Source: a virus (lineage: Duplodnaviria > Caudoviricetes). From it: DNA of 56,675 nt. Made by a program: the position numbers and the translations under genes. Under the pieces are notes generated by a model that saw nothing but the letters and a program-made list of their open reading frames with translations, made no database searches and was not told the DNA's origin. Below are positions 43,998 through 53,560 of the stretch, one piece after another; positions within the stretch are counted from its first letter, which is position 1, and each line of letters begins with the position of its first letter. The stretch is from the IMG/VR virus record IMGVR_UViG_3300044953_000632, positions 1-56,675 of that record; one strand, written 5' to 3'.

Positions 43998-44684
43998 TTA
44001 ATTGGTTTCGCTCTTACGACGACCCTTCGGACGGATGGAGATGTCGTTGCGCTTCAGCGTGTTGATCACACAGCTAACGCTGACGCCGTACTTCTCGGCA
44101 ATTTGTTTTGCGCCGACTCCCTCGTTGTAAAGGCGGACTACCTCGTTCAGAACAAGTTTGAGCTTGTGGGGAGCGCCACGCTTCGAGGCTAAGGCGTCGG
44201 TCGTGTTCAAGGTGGTGTTTGCGGACTGCTTGGGGGCGTTGTTGCTTTGTGTTGTCATGGTGTTTTTATTTTTGTTGATTTCTCTTACTTTGGACTGCTT
44301 TGGCTTTTCTATGTATGGAGCTGGCGCAGCCTTTCTCAAATCAAATTCATTAATAATTTTGATGTCATTTTTTTTTACGTACTCTTGCATCCACTCATCG
44401 GAGGGAACGTCATCGGACATTTTAGTAATTGAATCAGAGTCGTCAATATCCTCACAGGGAATTTCTTCAAATTCGTCAGGACTTTCGTAAAATTCGTCAT
44501 CGCTTTCGTAGCCTTCGTCCTCAGTATCTTCAGTATCTTCAGTATCTTCAACATCTTCTGAATCCTTATCAGGAATAGACTTAGGATCCAGATATTCGGG
44601 CATTTTCACATTGTTATCATCAAATTCGCCATTTAAGATTCTGTCAACAATACTCATGGTAGGTTCCTTTTTATTTGATGCCAT
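43998..44684 (-). CDS. Protein with acidic N-terminus and C-terminal HTH
   Basis: EDTEDTED acidic tract; VVRLYNEGVGAKQIAEKYGVSVSCVINTLKR HTH. Confidence 0.75.
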   Translation of the reverse strand: MASNKKEPTMSIVDRILNGEFDDNNVKMPEYLDPKSIPDKDSEDVEDTEDTEDTEDEGYESDDEFYESPDEFEEIPCEDIDDSDSITKMSDDVPSDEWMQEYVKKNDIKIINEFDLRKAAPAPYIEKPKQSKVREINKNKNTMTTQSNNAPKQSANTTLNTTDALASKRGAPHKLKLVLNEVVRLYNEGVGAKQIAEKYGVSVSCVINTLKRNDISIRPKGRRKSETN

Positions 44685-45817
44685 TATATTCGTACCTTTT
44701 CTTTTAAATTACTTACGGCTTTGTCAAACCCCATTTCCATTGCCTGTTTTACAAATTCCATTGCATCTGATTGCGACTCTTCTTTAACATCTAAAAGCTG
44801 AGCGAGAGCGGTATCCAGATCGACCTTCTCGGATAAGGACCCCTTGACTTCGGTGAGGTCTATGTCATGAGATATGTCGACTTTCTCAAATAGAAACGCT
44901 TTTTGTTTGAATCTCCCTATGGCAGCTGCTAGCTCTGAAGTCATTTCCGACGGTATCGTGATGTGCAATCGGGGAAGAATGCTGCCCATGTGCTGCTGCA
45001 TATCGGAAACATAGGGCAGTTCGGAGCAGTTGTCAATCCAGATTTGAATTCTGGCGATGTCCTCCTTAGACCTCATCTCTGTTTTGAGAAAGGGCCTGCA
45101 TCTGAATGGCACCTTCTCTATACTCAAGTCGTCATTCACGACCAGGAATGACTTTGCCTCAGGCTCGCCGAGACGATGCATCCACATTGAGCCAGAGTAC
45201 AGGAATCTTGTGCCTTTGGGCCCACGCCAGTCCCAGGACACATGGATGTCACCCATCAGGACAATTTTGTACTTTCCGTCAAACCATTCAAGATCCATGT
45301 CGCACAGCGGCGCTTCGTTAGGAGGAAGTCCAAGCGCAGGCACTACCTGGGATGCAAAACCGTGCAAGACTAATATGTCCGCCTCTACTAGCTTGTCGGT
45401 TTCAAGGTATGATTCCCACTGACGTCGGGTACGCCAGTTATATCCTGCGACCTTGTATCCAGCGATGTCAAAAACGCGGCCTTCCATGGGCTGCGCCACT
45501 GCTGCATCGCCGCCTTCCAACGACAGCCTTTTAAATCCTCTTTCGTGATTGCCGTCCACGTAAAGGCATCTGTGCCCCGGGATTCCGCGCAACACTTTCC
45601 TTAGGGCCACTGTGTGCTCGTCGCTTATAGTGGGGGTGTCGACTTGATCGCCACCCATTATCATGTGCAGGGGCTCCCCACGATCCCAATTTCTATTGCA
45701 GTAGTCTATGACTTGGCTTAAGGCATACAGGTCGTCGCCTTTGAGTTCCTTAACAGAACGGTAGGCAGACTCCCTGGCCTGCAAGTCGGCGCAGAACGCT
45801 AGTATTGGTTTTGGCAT
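44684..45817 (-). CDS. sbcD: SbcD/Mre11-like nuclease
   Basis: ADLQ, GGDQVD, GNHE, LHG, GDIH and YSGS motifs; near sbcC. Confidence 0.85.
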   Translation of the reverse strand: MPKPILAFCADLQARESAYRSVKELKGDDLYALSQVIDYCNRNWDRGEPLHMIMGGDQVDTPTISDEHTVALRKVLRGIPGHRCLYVDGNHERGFKRLSLEGGDAAVAQPMEGRVFDIAGYKVAGYNWRTRRQWESYLETDKLVEADILVLHGFASQVVPALGLPPNEAPLCDMDLEWFDGKYKIVLMGDIHVSWDWRGPKGTRFLYSGSMWMHRLGEPEAKSFLVVNDDLSIEKVPFRCRPFLKTEMRSKEDIARIQIWIDNCSELPYVSDMQQHMGSILPRLHITIPSEMTSELAAAIGRFKQKAFLFEKVDISHDIDLTEVKGSLSEKVDLDTALAQLLDVKEESQSDAMEFVKQAMEMGFDKAVSNLKEKVRI

Positions 45818-45973
45818 TTTTACATTTTTTGATAGTTGTTATCTATGCGGTCTGATAGAAGCCCAAGGCTTCAGCCAGATTCATTGTTTAACTTGATCAG
45901 CAGGACATATATCTGTTGAACAACTCTTTGCATCTTAGCGCTTCTGTCCAAAGCATTGCCACATTTTTGTCCA

Positions 45974-46288
45974 TTATTTTGAATTCATCAAAGGGTCTGT
46001 CTTTATCAGAGCCAGCGCTACCAGGCATCCCAGTATCGCAACGCACATCCATGTCCACAGGCCTAGATTAAATGCAAGGCAGTGAAGCGAGGTCAAGGCT
46101 ATCGTGCTCTGCACGCTTAGGCATACGGGACACGATATCATCTTTTGCAAAAAAGTCTCTTGCCTGTCGGCCCACATCATAATAGTGTTAACGGTCAGTT
46201 CAAAATTATGCATGCCCCATACAACCATGTAGGACATGCTGCCAATAATTATCGCTGAAAGAATAACAATGAATATCCATTCAATCAC
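45974..46288 (-). CDS. Small membrane protein with CPxC (DUF1360-like)
   Basis: Several hydrophobic segments and MISCPVCLSV. Confidence 0.65.
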   Translation of the reverse strand: MIEWIFIVILSAIIIGSMSYMVVWGMHNFELTVNTIMMWADRQETFLQKMISCPVCLSVQSTIALTSLHCLAFNLGLWTWMCVAILGCLVALALIKTDPLMNSK

Positions 46289-46378
46289 ATTTTTTCCTTA
46301 ATTATTGAGTAACTCCATAACCCTATCAGGGCTATAAGTATTGTGGTACAGGGGTCAACGAACAGAAAAATGATAAAG

Positions 46379-46645
46379 AGAAGACATAGTAGTGGGAACA
46401 AGATTTACCTTTACTTACATTGGTTGCAATCTGAAGAATTTTGGGATTCCTTTAATTGATTGAAGTTTGGAAGTTTATTAAGATTTAATGTAGGCATGGG
46501 ATCCTTAGCAACAAGTGAAGGATCAAAAGCCTCTATGCCGACTCTTTTTAGATATTCGTCAGGAGATTCTGATTTTACGATTTTGTTCATTTATTAAGAC
46601 CAAAAGAAGAATACATAGCAGTGGGAGCAAGATTTACCTTTACTT
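46379..46645. repeat. 38-bp direct repeat (46379-46416 and 46608-46645; 35/38 identical)
   Basis: AGAA(G/T)ACATAG(T/C)AGTGGGA(A/G)CAAGATTTACCTTTACTT. Confidence 0.85.
46411..46590 (-). CDS. Unannotated 59-aa protein ending CNQCK
   Basis: Hand-translated MNKIVKSESPDEYLKRVGIEAFDP...SSDCNQCK. Confidence 0.55.
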   Translation of the reverse strand: MNKIVKSESPDEYLKRVGIEAFDPSLVAKDPMPTLNLNKLPNFNQLKESQNSSDCNQCK

Positions 46646-46833
46646 TTTATAGTTTCATATACTAACTTTCTCATTTGTTTTTATCATTATCTACTAATTG
46701 GTACAAGTTGTCAAAAACAAACTTGCCCAATACGATTATGCTGATAGCCAAAGAGACAACCAGCCTGTAAACAGCTATAAGGAAATCTTTACTCAGTCCT
46801 ATTAGCGCATCTACTGGATTTTCATATGATTGC

Positions 46834-48756
46834 ATGAATAACTCCGAAGAAATTAACGATCAAAAGCCGAAAACGGATCTAACCTCTTTGGCCCCCAAGT
46901 GGGTTGTAGATATGGCTAATAATATGAAGTCTATATGTCAGATAGATGATATAGACAACATGATATTCACCATGTCTCCAGAGAAATTGAAAGAGATGTA
47001 CAGTCGTCTCAACATGCATGACTTTGCCAAGTTCATGAAAATGTATCTGAACATGAACCAGTTTTCGCCTATTCACCTCACCTCAATGCTCAGATTAAAC
47101 GGTCGCCCGTTCACGTTAGTAAAGCACAAATTTTTTGAGCCCCTTTTCTACCCTAATCTTCCCGATAGGACCTTGCTGGTATGCGCTCGCCAGGTCGGTA
47201 AGTCCACGCACATTGCGGCTCAAGGAGTCCTACAGGCAGCGTCCATAAACCGCTTCAAAGTTCTTTACATGGCTCCTCAGTTCGAGCAGATCCGCAGATT
47301 CAGCCACCAATACATAAGACAGTTTGTACATGAGTCTTACATTAAGTCCATGCTCATGGACGATACTTGTGTGGATTCAGTGATGCAAAAGACTTTTAAA
47401 AATGGGTCAGAGCTATGGTTTTCTTTTGCAAAGTTATCGGTGGACAGAATTCGTGGTTTGTCTGTGGACGGCATACGAATGGATGAGATACAGGATCTTA
47501 ACCCAGAATTCTTGGACATCGTGCGAGAGTGTATGTCTGCATCTGAGCGAAGATCTGAGATGTATGCAGGCACCAGCAAAACCGTAGACAACGTCATAGA
47601 GCAACTTAGGCTGCAGTCGTCCCAGGCCGAGTGGTTCATGAAGTGCCTGTCTTGCAATCACTGGAACATACCGACCGTAGAAGGCTCAGGACCTGGGCTT
47701 GGAGTTATGGAAATGATTCGTCCGGAAGGGCTGTGCTGTGCCAAATGCCACAGTTTGTTGCAGCCGGAGAATGGATTCTGGGTGCATAGGTATGAGGAGA
47801 GGTCTGGTAGCTTTCCTAGCTATCACGTCCCCCAGGTGGTGGCTCCGGTTCACTATGCAAACCCAAAAAACTGGAGATCGTTGATTTTGAAAAGAGAGCT
47901 GATATCTCCAGCGACTTTCATAAACGAAGTGCTAGGGGAGGCATGCGATGAAGGTCAGAGACTAGTAAGTCAGACGGATCTTAAAGCCGTCGGAGTGCTT
48001 GAGGCCAACTCCAAGGACAACGCAGCTAACGCGTTTAAATACGTGGACAGAGTGCTTGGAGTGGACTGGGGAGGAAAAGGAACAAGATTTCAGTCAATGA
48101 CAGCTGCCGCAGTAGCTTGTTACATGCCCGAAGGCAAAATAGACATAATGTTTGGCCATGTGTTTCCTCCAATGATGGACTCAGTGCTTGAGACCAAAGA
48201 GGTCATAGACATCGCCAATCAGTTTAAGTGCACCGCAATTTCCCATGACGTCGCTGTTGCAGGAGAAGTAAGGCTCAGCATTATGAGAAGCATTGGAGTT
48301 CCCGACTCCAGGCTCATCAATTGCAGATATGCTGCAAGCGGAAGCATAAAATCCATGCTGCAGTTCGTGCCGCCGACCGACATAAACCCTACAAGCTACT
48401 ACAACTTAGACAAAAGCAAAGTAATAGCGGCAGTTTGCCTAGCCATAAAGAACAAAAACATACGATTTCCCCAGTATGACAGCATGTTGGACTTGGCCGG
48501 CCAGAACATAATGGACCATTTTTTGGCTGTTTACGAGGAAAACAGCGAAAGTATTTTCGGCACTGAGCGCAGATACATACGCAGAAACCCGGGAATGCCG
48601 GATGACTTTCTACACGCAGTAGCATTTGCCGTAATAACGCTGTGGAGAAGATATCCCGAGCTCATTCCAAATCTGTTAGACGAAGTTTTAGACGGCGATG
48701 AGCACGCACACCTGGGAAATCCGTCTGCATACTACAACAACACAGACCTTGACTAA
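46834..48756 (+). CDS. terL: Terminase large subunit
   Basis: Walker A ARQVGKS, Walker B MDEIQD, GTSK coupling motif, CxxC pairs, nuclease GVDWG and DDFLHA. Confidence 0.85.
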   Translation: MNNSEEINDQKPKTDLTSLAPKWVVDMANNMKSICQIDDIDNMIFTMSPEKLKEMYSRLNMHDFAKFMKMYLNMNQFSPIHLTSMLRLNGRPFTLVKHKFFEPLFYPNLPDRTLLVCARQVGKSTHIAAQGVLQAASINRFKVLYMAPQFEQIRRFSHQYIRQFVHESYIKSMLMDDTCVDSVMQKTFKNGSELWFSFAKLSVDRIRGLSVDGIRMDEIQDLNPEFLDIVRECMSASERRSEMYAGTSKTVDNVIEQLRLQSSQAEWFMKCLSCNHWNIPTVEGSGPGLGVMEMIRPEGLCCAKCHSLLQPENGFWVHRYEERSGSFPSYHVPQVVAPVHYANPKNWRSLILKRELISPATFINEVLGEACDEGQRLVSQTDLKAVGVLEANSKDNAANAFKYVDRVLGVDWGGKGTRFQSMTAAAVACYMPEGKIDIMFGHVFPPMMDSVLETKEVIDIANQFKCTAISHDVAVAGEVRLSIMRSIGVPDSRLINCRYAASGSIKSMLQFVPPTDINPTSYYNLDKSKVIAAVCLAIKNKNIRFPQYDSMLDLAGQNIMDHFLAVYEENSESIFGTERRYIRRNPGMPDDFLHAVAFAVITLWRRYPELIPNLLDEVLDGDEHAHLGNPSAYYNNTDLD

Positions 48757-48796
48757 TAGTTAAGCCTAATAAAGTTGATAGTATGTATTGCTTTGT

Positions 48797-48852
48797 ATAC
48801 CTTTCGTCGTCTTAATTTAAACTTAGATTTAAATTAAGACGACGAAAGGTAT
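48797..48852. repeat. Perfect 25-bp inverted repeat with 6-nt loop
   Basis: ATACCTTTCGTCGTCTTAATTTAAA-cttaga-TTTAAATTAAGACGACGAAAGGTAT between convergent genes. Confidence 0.95.
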
Positions 48853-48880
48853 GCTTTGGTGGCAAAACGACCACCAAGAT

Positions 48881-48909
48881 ATGTTAACAAAATAATTGGG
48901 CTATTTTAG
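48881..48909 (-). promoter_or_regulatory. Cassette-type promoter CTAAAA-N17-TAACAT pointing towards the terL 3' end
   Basis: Same -35 context (CTAAAATAG), TG extension and 17-bp spacer as the cassette promoters. Confidence 0.55.
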
Positions 48910-48963
48910 CCTGACATTTTTCAGCTAATGTATAGCTAACAGACACTATATTATTTTAACATA

Positions 48964-51639
48964 CTATGTGGCTTTAAATAGATTGATTAGGGAGGCTTTT
49001 CTTAGCCCCTTTAGCCTCTTTATTGCGGACACTAAAGTGTTCCATACGGGCTTAGGAAACACTAGCGAGGATATGCCATCTTTGTTCATATTCTGCACTC
49101 CTAATTCCTTTAGTTGCATAACAGCTGATTCCCAAGTCACTACCGGTATGTTATAGTACCTCATTTGACCCAATAGATTGGTCAAATCAACGGCCACTGT
49201 GTCTTCCATGGGGTTTTTAAGTATAACGTAGCGCTTTTTGGTGCTATCTCCGGTAAACGTCTTAAATATTCCGCCTTCTACACCTTCGTGTATGAAGTTT
49301 ATCAGGTGTGCTGCAGCAGAATTACTGTTTATATAGCCCTTCGTTGAAACCATGGCTTTTGCGGCATCTATCATTTCGGTAGACTTATTCAATGATTTAG
49401 CCAAATACTTTAGATTGTCCAGAAAACTATGGGGCCCATTGTGCTTTATGGTAAGAGAGTATTGCATGAAGAATGGGAATACGTTTTCGCTGTTTATCAA
49501 AGCCTTAGTTTCGTAAGAAAATGGCGTATCGGCTCTTACAAAAGACCAATCTTTGTCGGCGGCTATAGATGAGGCCATCATTGAGTTCGCCACAACCAGA
49601 CTGTTCAATCCCTGCCCTTCAAGCCATTGAGCTAGCAGCTTAGGCTTAGATCTATTCCCATCTATCGCTATTGGGACATGGTGCAAAGTGGCCAATGCTT
49701 GGGCGTGTTCCATATCGTTCTTGGAGTGCAGCACTACACTATCCAGTCCAAGATCTATTCTTAGCACATCAAATACGTATTCTGCCAACGACCCCTTGTT
49801 GCCTACGAATAAAGTATTAGTCCTAGAGGATTCGTTGATTACAGCATGTATTCCAGAGATTGTGGAAGCCATGCCTGCCATGTAAGCTACTGTTTCAGGG
49901 CCGTAGTCAAACAGATTAGCCACAGACTTTATGGTTACACCGAGATCCATGGCCAAAGACGTACACGGAGGATCCACATCCCCCATTACAAAAGGAATTC
50001 CGATTTTTATTTGATGGGGGTCGATTGACATCTTGGGCAAATTGAACCTCCCGGTGTCAGAATCATAGCCAACGTAGTTCTGCACAGCATGTACCTCTGG
50101 TGAACTAAGCCTAAGTATTATGTCCAAATACTTTTTAGATATCGAATCCAGGAGAAATGGGTGTTTGGATATGCCGGCGTTTACAGAAATAAAAGCAAGA
50201 GCCTTGGCAGGATCTGATTCTAAGAATTTTTCCTCCATTTGAAATGCTACCTCCTTGCCTTCAAATAAAAACTTACCGAACAAAGATGCTTTGCCATCCT
50301 TTTTAGATCTGCATATATTTGTAATCTTTACTATGGCATTGCATATAAGTTCATCTGCCACTTCTCTGGAACCTTGCATCCACAGCTTTCCATCTTTTTC
50401 AAACACCATTTTCTTATCAATCATAATTGGCTGAGACGTAACCACTTTGCCTAAGATGTCTTTCATCTCTTCTTGGATAGTCTCAGAACAAGACGCAAGA
50501 ATTAAGTTTTTTTGAAATGCGGACAACTCCATCGCATCTACAGCGTTTCTTGCATTTGCGCCGCCCATAGTTATCAGCTCAGCGGTAAGAAAGTCCAAGG
50601 GGTCCATCAAGTTATTCTCAGATATCTGCTTATGAATCTTAGGCATGAAGCTGCCTTCCCACAGTTTTGAAATTTTTTCTACAGGCCTCCATACGTATGG
50701 AGTGTCGTCTATCATGACTTTAAAGTTTTTAGACCTTATACACATCTTTAAAAAAGCAGTATCTGCAGCGTCTGTCCAAACAACGGTGGATTTAGGTAGC
50801 AATAGGGGGTCTAATTGACCTATTGGAGACTTTGCCACTACAGATAGTTTATTATATCTTTCTACAGTACACTTTTGGACTATCCTGGCAGCTTGAAGCG
50901 GGTGGTCTAAGACATATACGGCTTCCGAGGAATCTTTGTGACAAGAGTTTAAACCACAGTATCCCGGGTAGTGCCCATCTAATACATTTAAATAGTTAAG
51001 TTGATCTTTGTTTCCTATAAAGCCAAAACCAGAAATAAATCCAGGTTTTAAATAAAAAGGAATGACTAAAAGACCTTCCGTAGCCTTTCCAAAGCCATGA
51101 ATCTTATCTTCTAGCAGCTCCTCTATTTCATGTTTATAGGCATAGCCAAACCAATCTGTAAAGCCACGATTGTAGACCTCTTGCCCCATCCAAAGATTAA
51201 GTTCGCTAAGCCTGCTTGTTGCAAACCTGTTGGCGGTTGGAAACATATTGTTGCGGGCAATTTCCCATACTTTTAGCACTTTTTCATAATATTTGTTATA
51301 AAATGTAGAGTAGTTGATCAAATTCTCCGTAGACAAGTCTTTTATTTTTAGCTCTTCGGCTAATTTGTAGACTAAGTCGTTTGGATTTAAGATTTTGTAA
51401 GCTTGCCCGTATAGTCGTAGTCCTTCACATGAAATCTTGCATTTATCGCAGTACATCCAACCCCCAAAAGGTATTAGGGCAGAGACATACATACTTGCAG
51501 TTTTACACTTAGTGCATCTAACATAGCTGCCAGGTTTGGCAGTGCCGTCATAACCCAAAAGTTTCAGAATTTTTGTATAATGGAAGGCCGAGTAAAACTC
51601 TTCCGAAGGAACACCATCTATGATTCGTTGGATTGACAT
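48964..51639 (-). CDS. Large protein with primase-type N-terminal Zn finger
   Basis: 891 aa; CTKC...CDKC. The remainder may be degenerate TOPRIM/DUF927-like domains (inference). Confidence 0.6.
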   Translation of the reverse strand: MSIQRIIDGVPSEEFYSAFHYTKILKLLGYDGTAKPGSYVRCTKCKTASMYVSALIPFGGWMYCDKCKISCEGLRLYGQAYKILNPNDLVYKLAEELKIKDLSTENLINYSTFYNKYYEKVLKVWEIARNNMFPTANRFATSRLSELNLWMGQEVYNRGFTDWFGYAYKHEIEELLEDKIHGFGKATEGLLVIPFYLKPGFISGFGFIGNKDQLNYLNVLDGHYPGYCGLNSCHKDSSEAVYVLDHPLQAARIVQKCTVERYNKLSVVAKSPIGQLDPLLLPKSTVVWTDAADTAFLKMCIRSKNFKVMIDDTPYVWRPVEKISKLWEGSFMPKIHKQISENNLMDPLDFLTAELITMGGANARNAVDAMELSAFQKNLILASCSETIQEEMKDILGKVVTSQPIMIDKKMVFEKDGKLWMQGSREVADELICNAIVKITNICRSKKDGKASLFGKFLFEGKEVAFQMEEKFLESDPAKALAFISVNAGISKHPFLLDSISKKYLDIILRLSSPEVHAVQNYVGYDSDTGRFNLPKMSIDPHQIKIGIPFVMGDVDPPCTSLAMDLGVTIKSVANLFDYGPETVAYMAGMASTISGIHAVINESSRTNTLFVGNKGSLAEYVFDVLRIDLGLDSVVLHSKNDMEHAQALATLHHVPIAIDGNRSKPKLLAQWLEGQGLNSLVVANSMMASSIAADKDWSFVRADTPFSYETKALINSENVFPFFMQYSLTIKHNGPHSFLDNLKYLAKSLNKSTEMIDAAKAMVSTKGYINSNSAAAHLINFIHEGVEGGIFKTFTGDSTKKRYVILKNPMEDTVAVDLTNLLGQMRYYNIPVVTWESAVMQLKELGVQNMNKDGISSLVFPKPVWNTLVSAIKRLKGLRKASLINLFKAT

Positions 51640-52969
51640 AACTGATGACGTCTCTAAAAAGTATTATAATGCGTTTATACAGCAAGTGGCAATGCCTGAA
51701 TACGTCAAGTCTGCAAATATTCCAACCAAGGATGATGCTGCGGTAAAGAATTCCGAATGCTTTGCTGATAGCGTAAACAAGAAGTTTGCCCTTGATAGCA
51801 AGTCTGATTGCTGGTGCTCTGCTCTTTATTTCTATGGCAATCAGTGTAACACTTTAGCGATAGGTAAACAAGCTGAAGTAAAATTATTAAATGCAGCAAG
51901 AGTATGGGGTATATCGGAAGACATAAAGTCTCTCAAGTCTGCGTTTGAGCAGCAGACTATTCCGGCGTCTTACGCAATAACATTTGATCATAAAGGCGTA
52001 AAAATAGAAAGGTGCCCGGATCATACCAAGGAGGCAGCCACGGCTAGCGCTGAATGGCTATATGAAAATAGATTTAAGTTTCCAGTCAAAGTTCAAAAGA
52101 AGGCAGCTGCAAAGCTGCAGGCAAAGGCAAACGTATTTAAGCTAGGGGTAAAGACAGCATCATATATTGATAAACTTGCCAACTCAGACACCTATTCAAA
52201 CCTTAACTGCAAGATAGCCATTGCAATCACTGACCGCCTTAGTGGTATATCCACGATTAAGTGGTCAGAGCTCGAGGACGAGCTGCTGAAGGTTGCCAAC
52301 GATCTCAATACGCGTCCATTCGAGTTGTGCCAAAATGGAGACATCATTGTAAACTGCCTTGAGGCACTTGACGTAAAGCACGGTCTGAACTCAAAGTGGG
52401 GCTCGGCAGTGCACCATCCGATAGACGTATGCTTCAGAGTCAATCTCACCAAGGCTGCGTCCGCAGCTGACGGCGTAGTGCACCTTACCACCGGCACTCC
52501 AGTAGACTTGACGAAGATCAGCGATCATCAACTTGAAAAAGGCCTGAAGATCGCAGGGGATGATTTCTTTCACTACTGCCAGACGGACGGCTTGAACATC
52601 GACCGCAGCAAAGCTGCCGAAATCATACCGACCATGCCTAAGCCAGAAGCTATGAGATTTGAGTTAGCCATCAAAACCGCAGGCTACATACCGGAAACCA
52701 CATACGGGTTGGCTGACCGAATATTTAAGGAAGGGAATGCAATGATGGGATACGGCGCTATGCCTGCATCTCAAGAGACGACGGGTTCCGACATGGCTCC
52801 AAATGAAGACGATGCTTCATTCGAGGCTCGGATGCATGAGAAGAAAGAGCAAGCTAAAATAGATTCGCTTGATGCTCAAGCGGGATTGGCTGCTGTCAAA
52901 GCTAGAAAAGCAAGGCACCAATACGAACAAAGTATTGCCAACAATTACGTAAAGGAAAAATATGATTAA
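51620..52969 (+). CDS. Putative head-assembly/virion protein
   Basis: 449 aa, first of the plus-strand cluster; many K-x-A sites. Confidence 0.6.
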   Translation: MIRWIDITDDVSKKYYNAFIQQVAMPEYVKSANIPTKDDAAVKNSECFADSVNKKFALDSKSDCWCSALYFYGNQCNTLAIGKQAEVKLLNAARVWGISEDIKSLKSAFEQQTIPASYAITFDHKGVKIERCPDHTKEAATASAEWLYENRFKFPVKVQKKAAAKLQAKANVFKLGVKTASYIDKLANSDTYSNLNCKIAIAITDRLSGISTIKWSELEDELLKVANDLNTRPFELCQNGDIIVNCLEALDVKHGLNSKWGSAVHHPIDVCFRVNLTKAASAADGVVHLTTGTPVDLTKISDHQLEKGLKIAGDDFFHYCQTDGLNIDRSKAAEIIPTMPKPEAMRFELAIKTAGYIPETTYGLADRIFKEGNAMMGYGAMPASQETTGSDMAPNEDDASFEARMHEKKEQAKIDSLDAQAGLAAVKARKARHQYEQSIANNYVKEKYD

Positions 52970-53510
52970 AGTTGCAAATAATTTAAACACAATATGTTTA
53001 GTTAAGTTTGCAAAAAGCACAGAAAACGCAAACTACGACGATTTAAAAGAGAAAAAAAAGCGAAAGGTGAATTATCTTCGTCGTGCCCTTACAGGTGCAG
53101 CAATGGGGGGCATTTCAGGTGCCGCGTTGGGGTCTGGATTGACTATTTTAGAGCCGAGCGGCATACTGTCTAACAATATTCCCGTAATTTTGGCAAGAGG
53201 ATTGGGGGCGGGTGGCCTTGGTGCGCTTCTTGGAGCGGGGTCGAACATGCTGCAGGGATTACGAGAGGCGGATGTCATAACCCGACAATCCAAACCCAAT
53301 AGACTTAGAAGAGGATTAATAGGCGCTCTCAGTGGCGCAGCGGGGGGGCTTATGATGGCAAATGCATATCAGCGAGCTCGCACTGCTCGGACAAATCTTG
53401 CCACCTTATTGGGTGGAGGCATTGCGGGTGCAGCCACTGGTGGATTAACCGGAGCCTATATTTATCCGTGGATGAATAAGGACATGTGGGATCAACCAGA
53501 TACCGAATAA
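52962..53510 (+). CDS. MIKVANN-leader protein with glycine-zipper helices
   Basis: Two related LRRxLxGAxxGxxxG units. Confidence 0.7.
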   Translation: MIKVANNLNTICLVKFAKSTENANYDDLKEKKKRKVNYLRRALTGAAMGGISGAALGSGLTILEPSGILSNNIPVILARGLGAGGLGALLGAGSNMLQGLREADVITRQSKPNRLRRGLIGALSGAAGGLMMANAYQRARTARTNLATLLGGGIAGAATGGLTGAYIYPWMNKDMWDQPDTE

Positions 53511-53560
53511 GGACTTGTACACATAAACCCGATGCCTAAGGAAAGGGGGTAAAATACAAT

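Noticed and set aside
45818-45973. Gene between sbcD and the membrane protein
   Set aside because: Only short interrupted frames were found; cannot support a call.
46379-46645. Mini-CRISPR from the 38-bp repeats
   Set aside because: Only two copies, separated by 191 bp containing an ORF; not palindromic, and no cas genes.
21891-48756. Inteins or introns in nrdJ, polA, helicases or terL
   Set aside because: The ORFs are continuous, of normal length, and show no intein-terminal or homing-endonuclease motifs.
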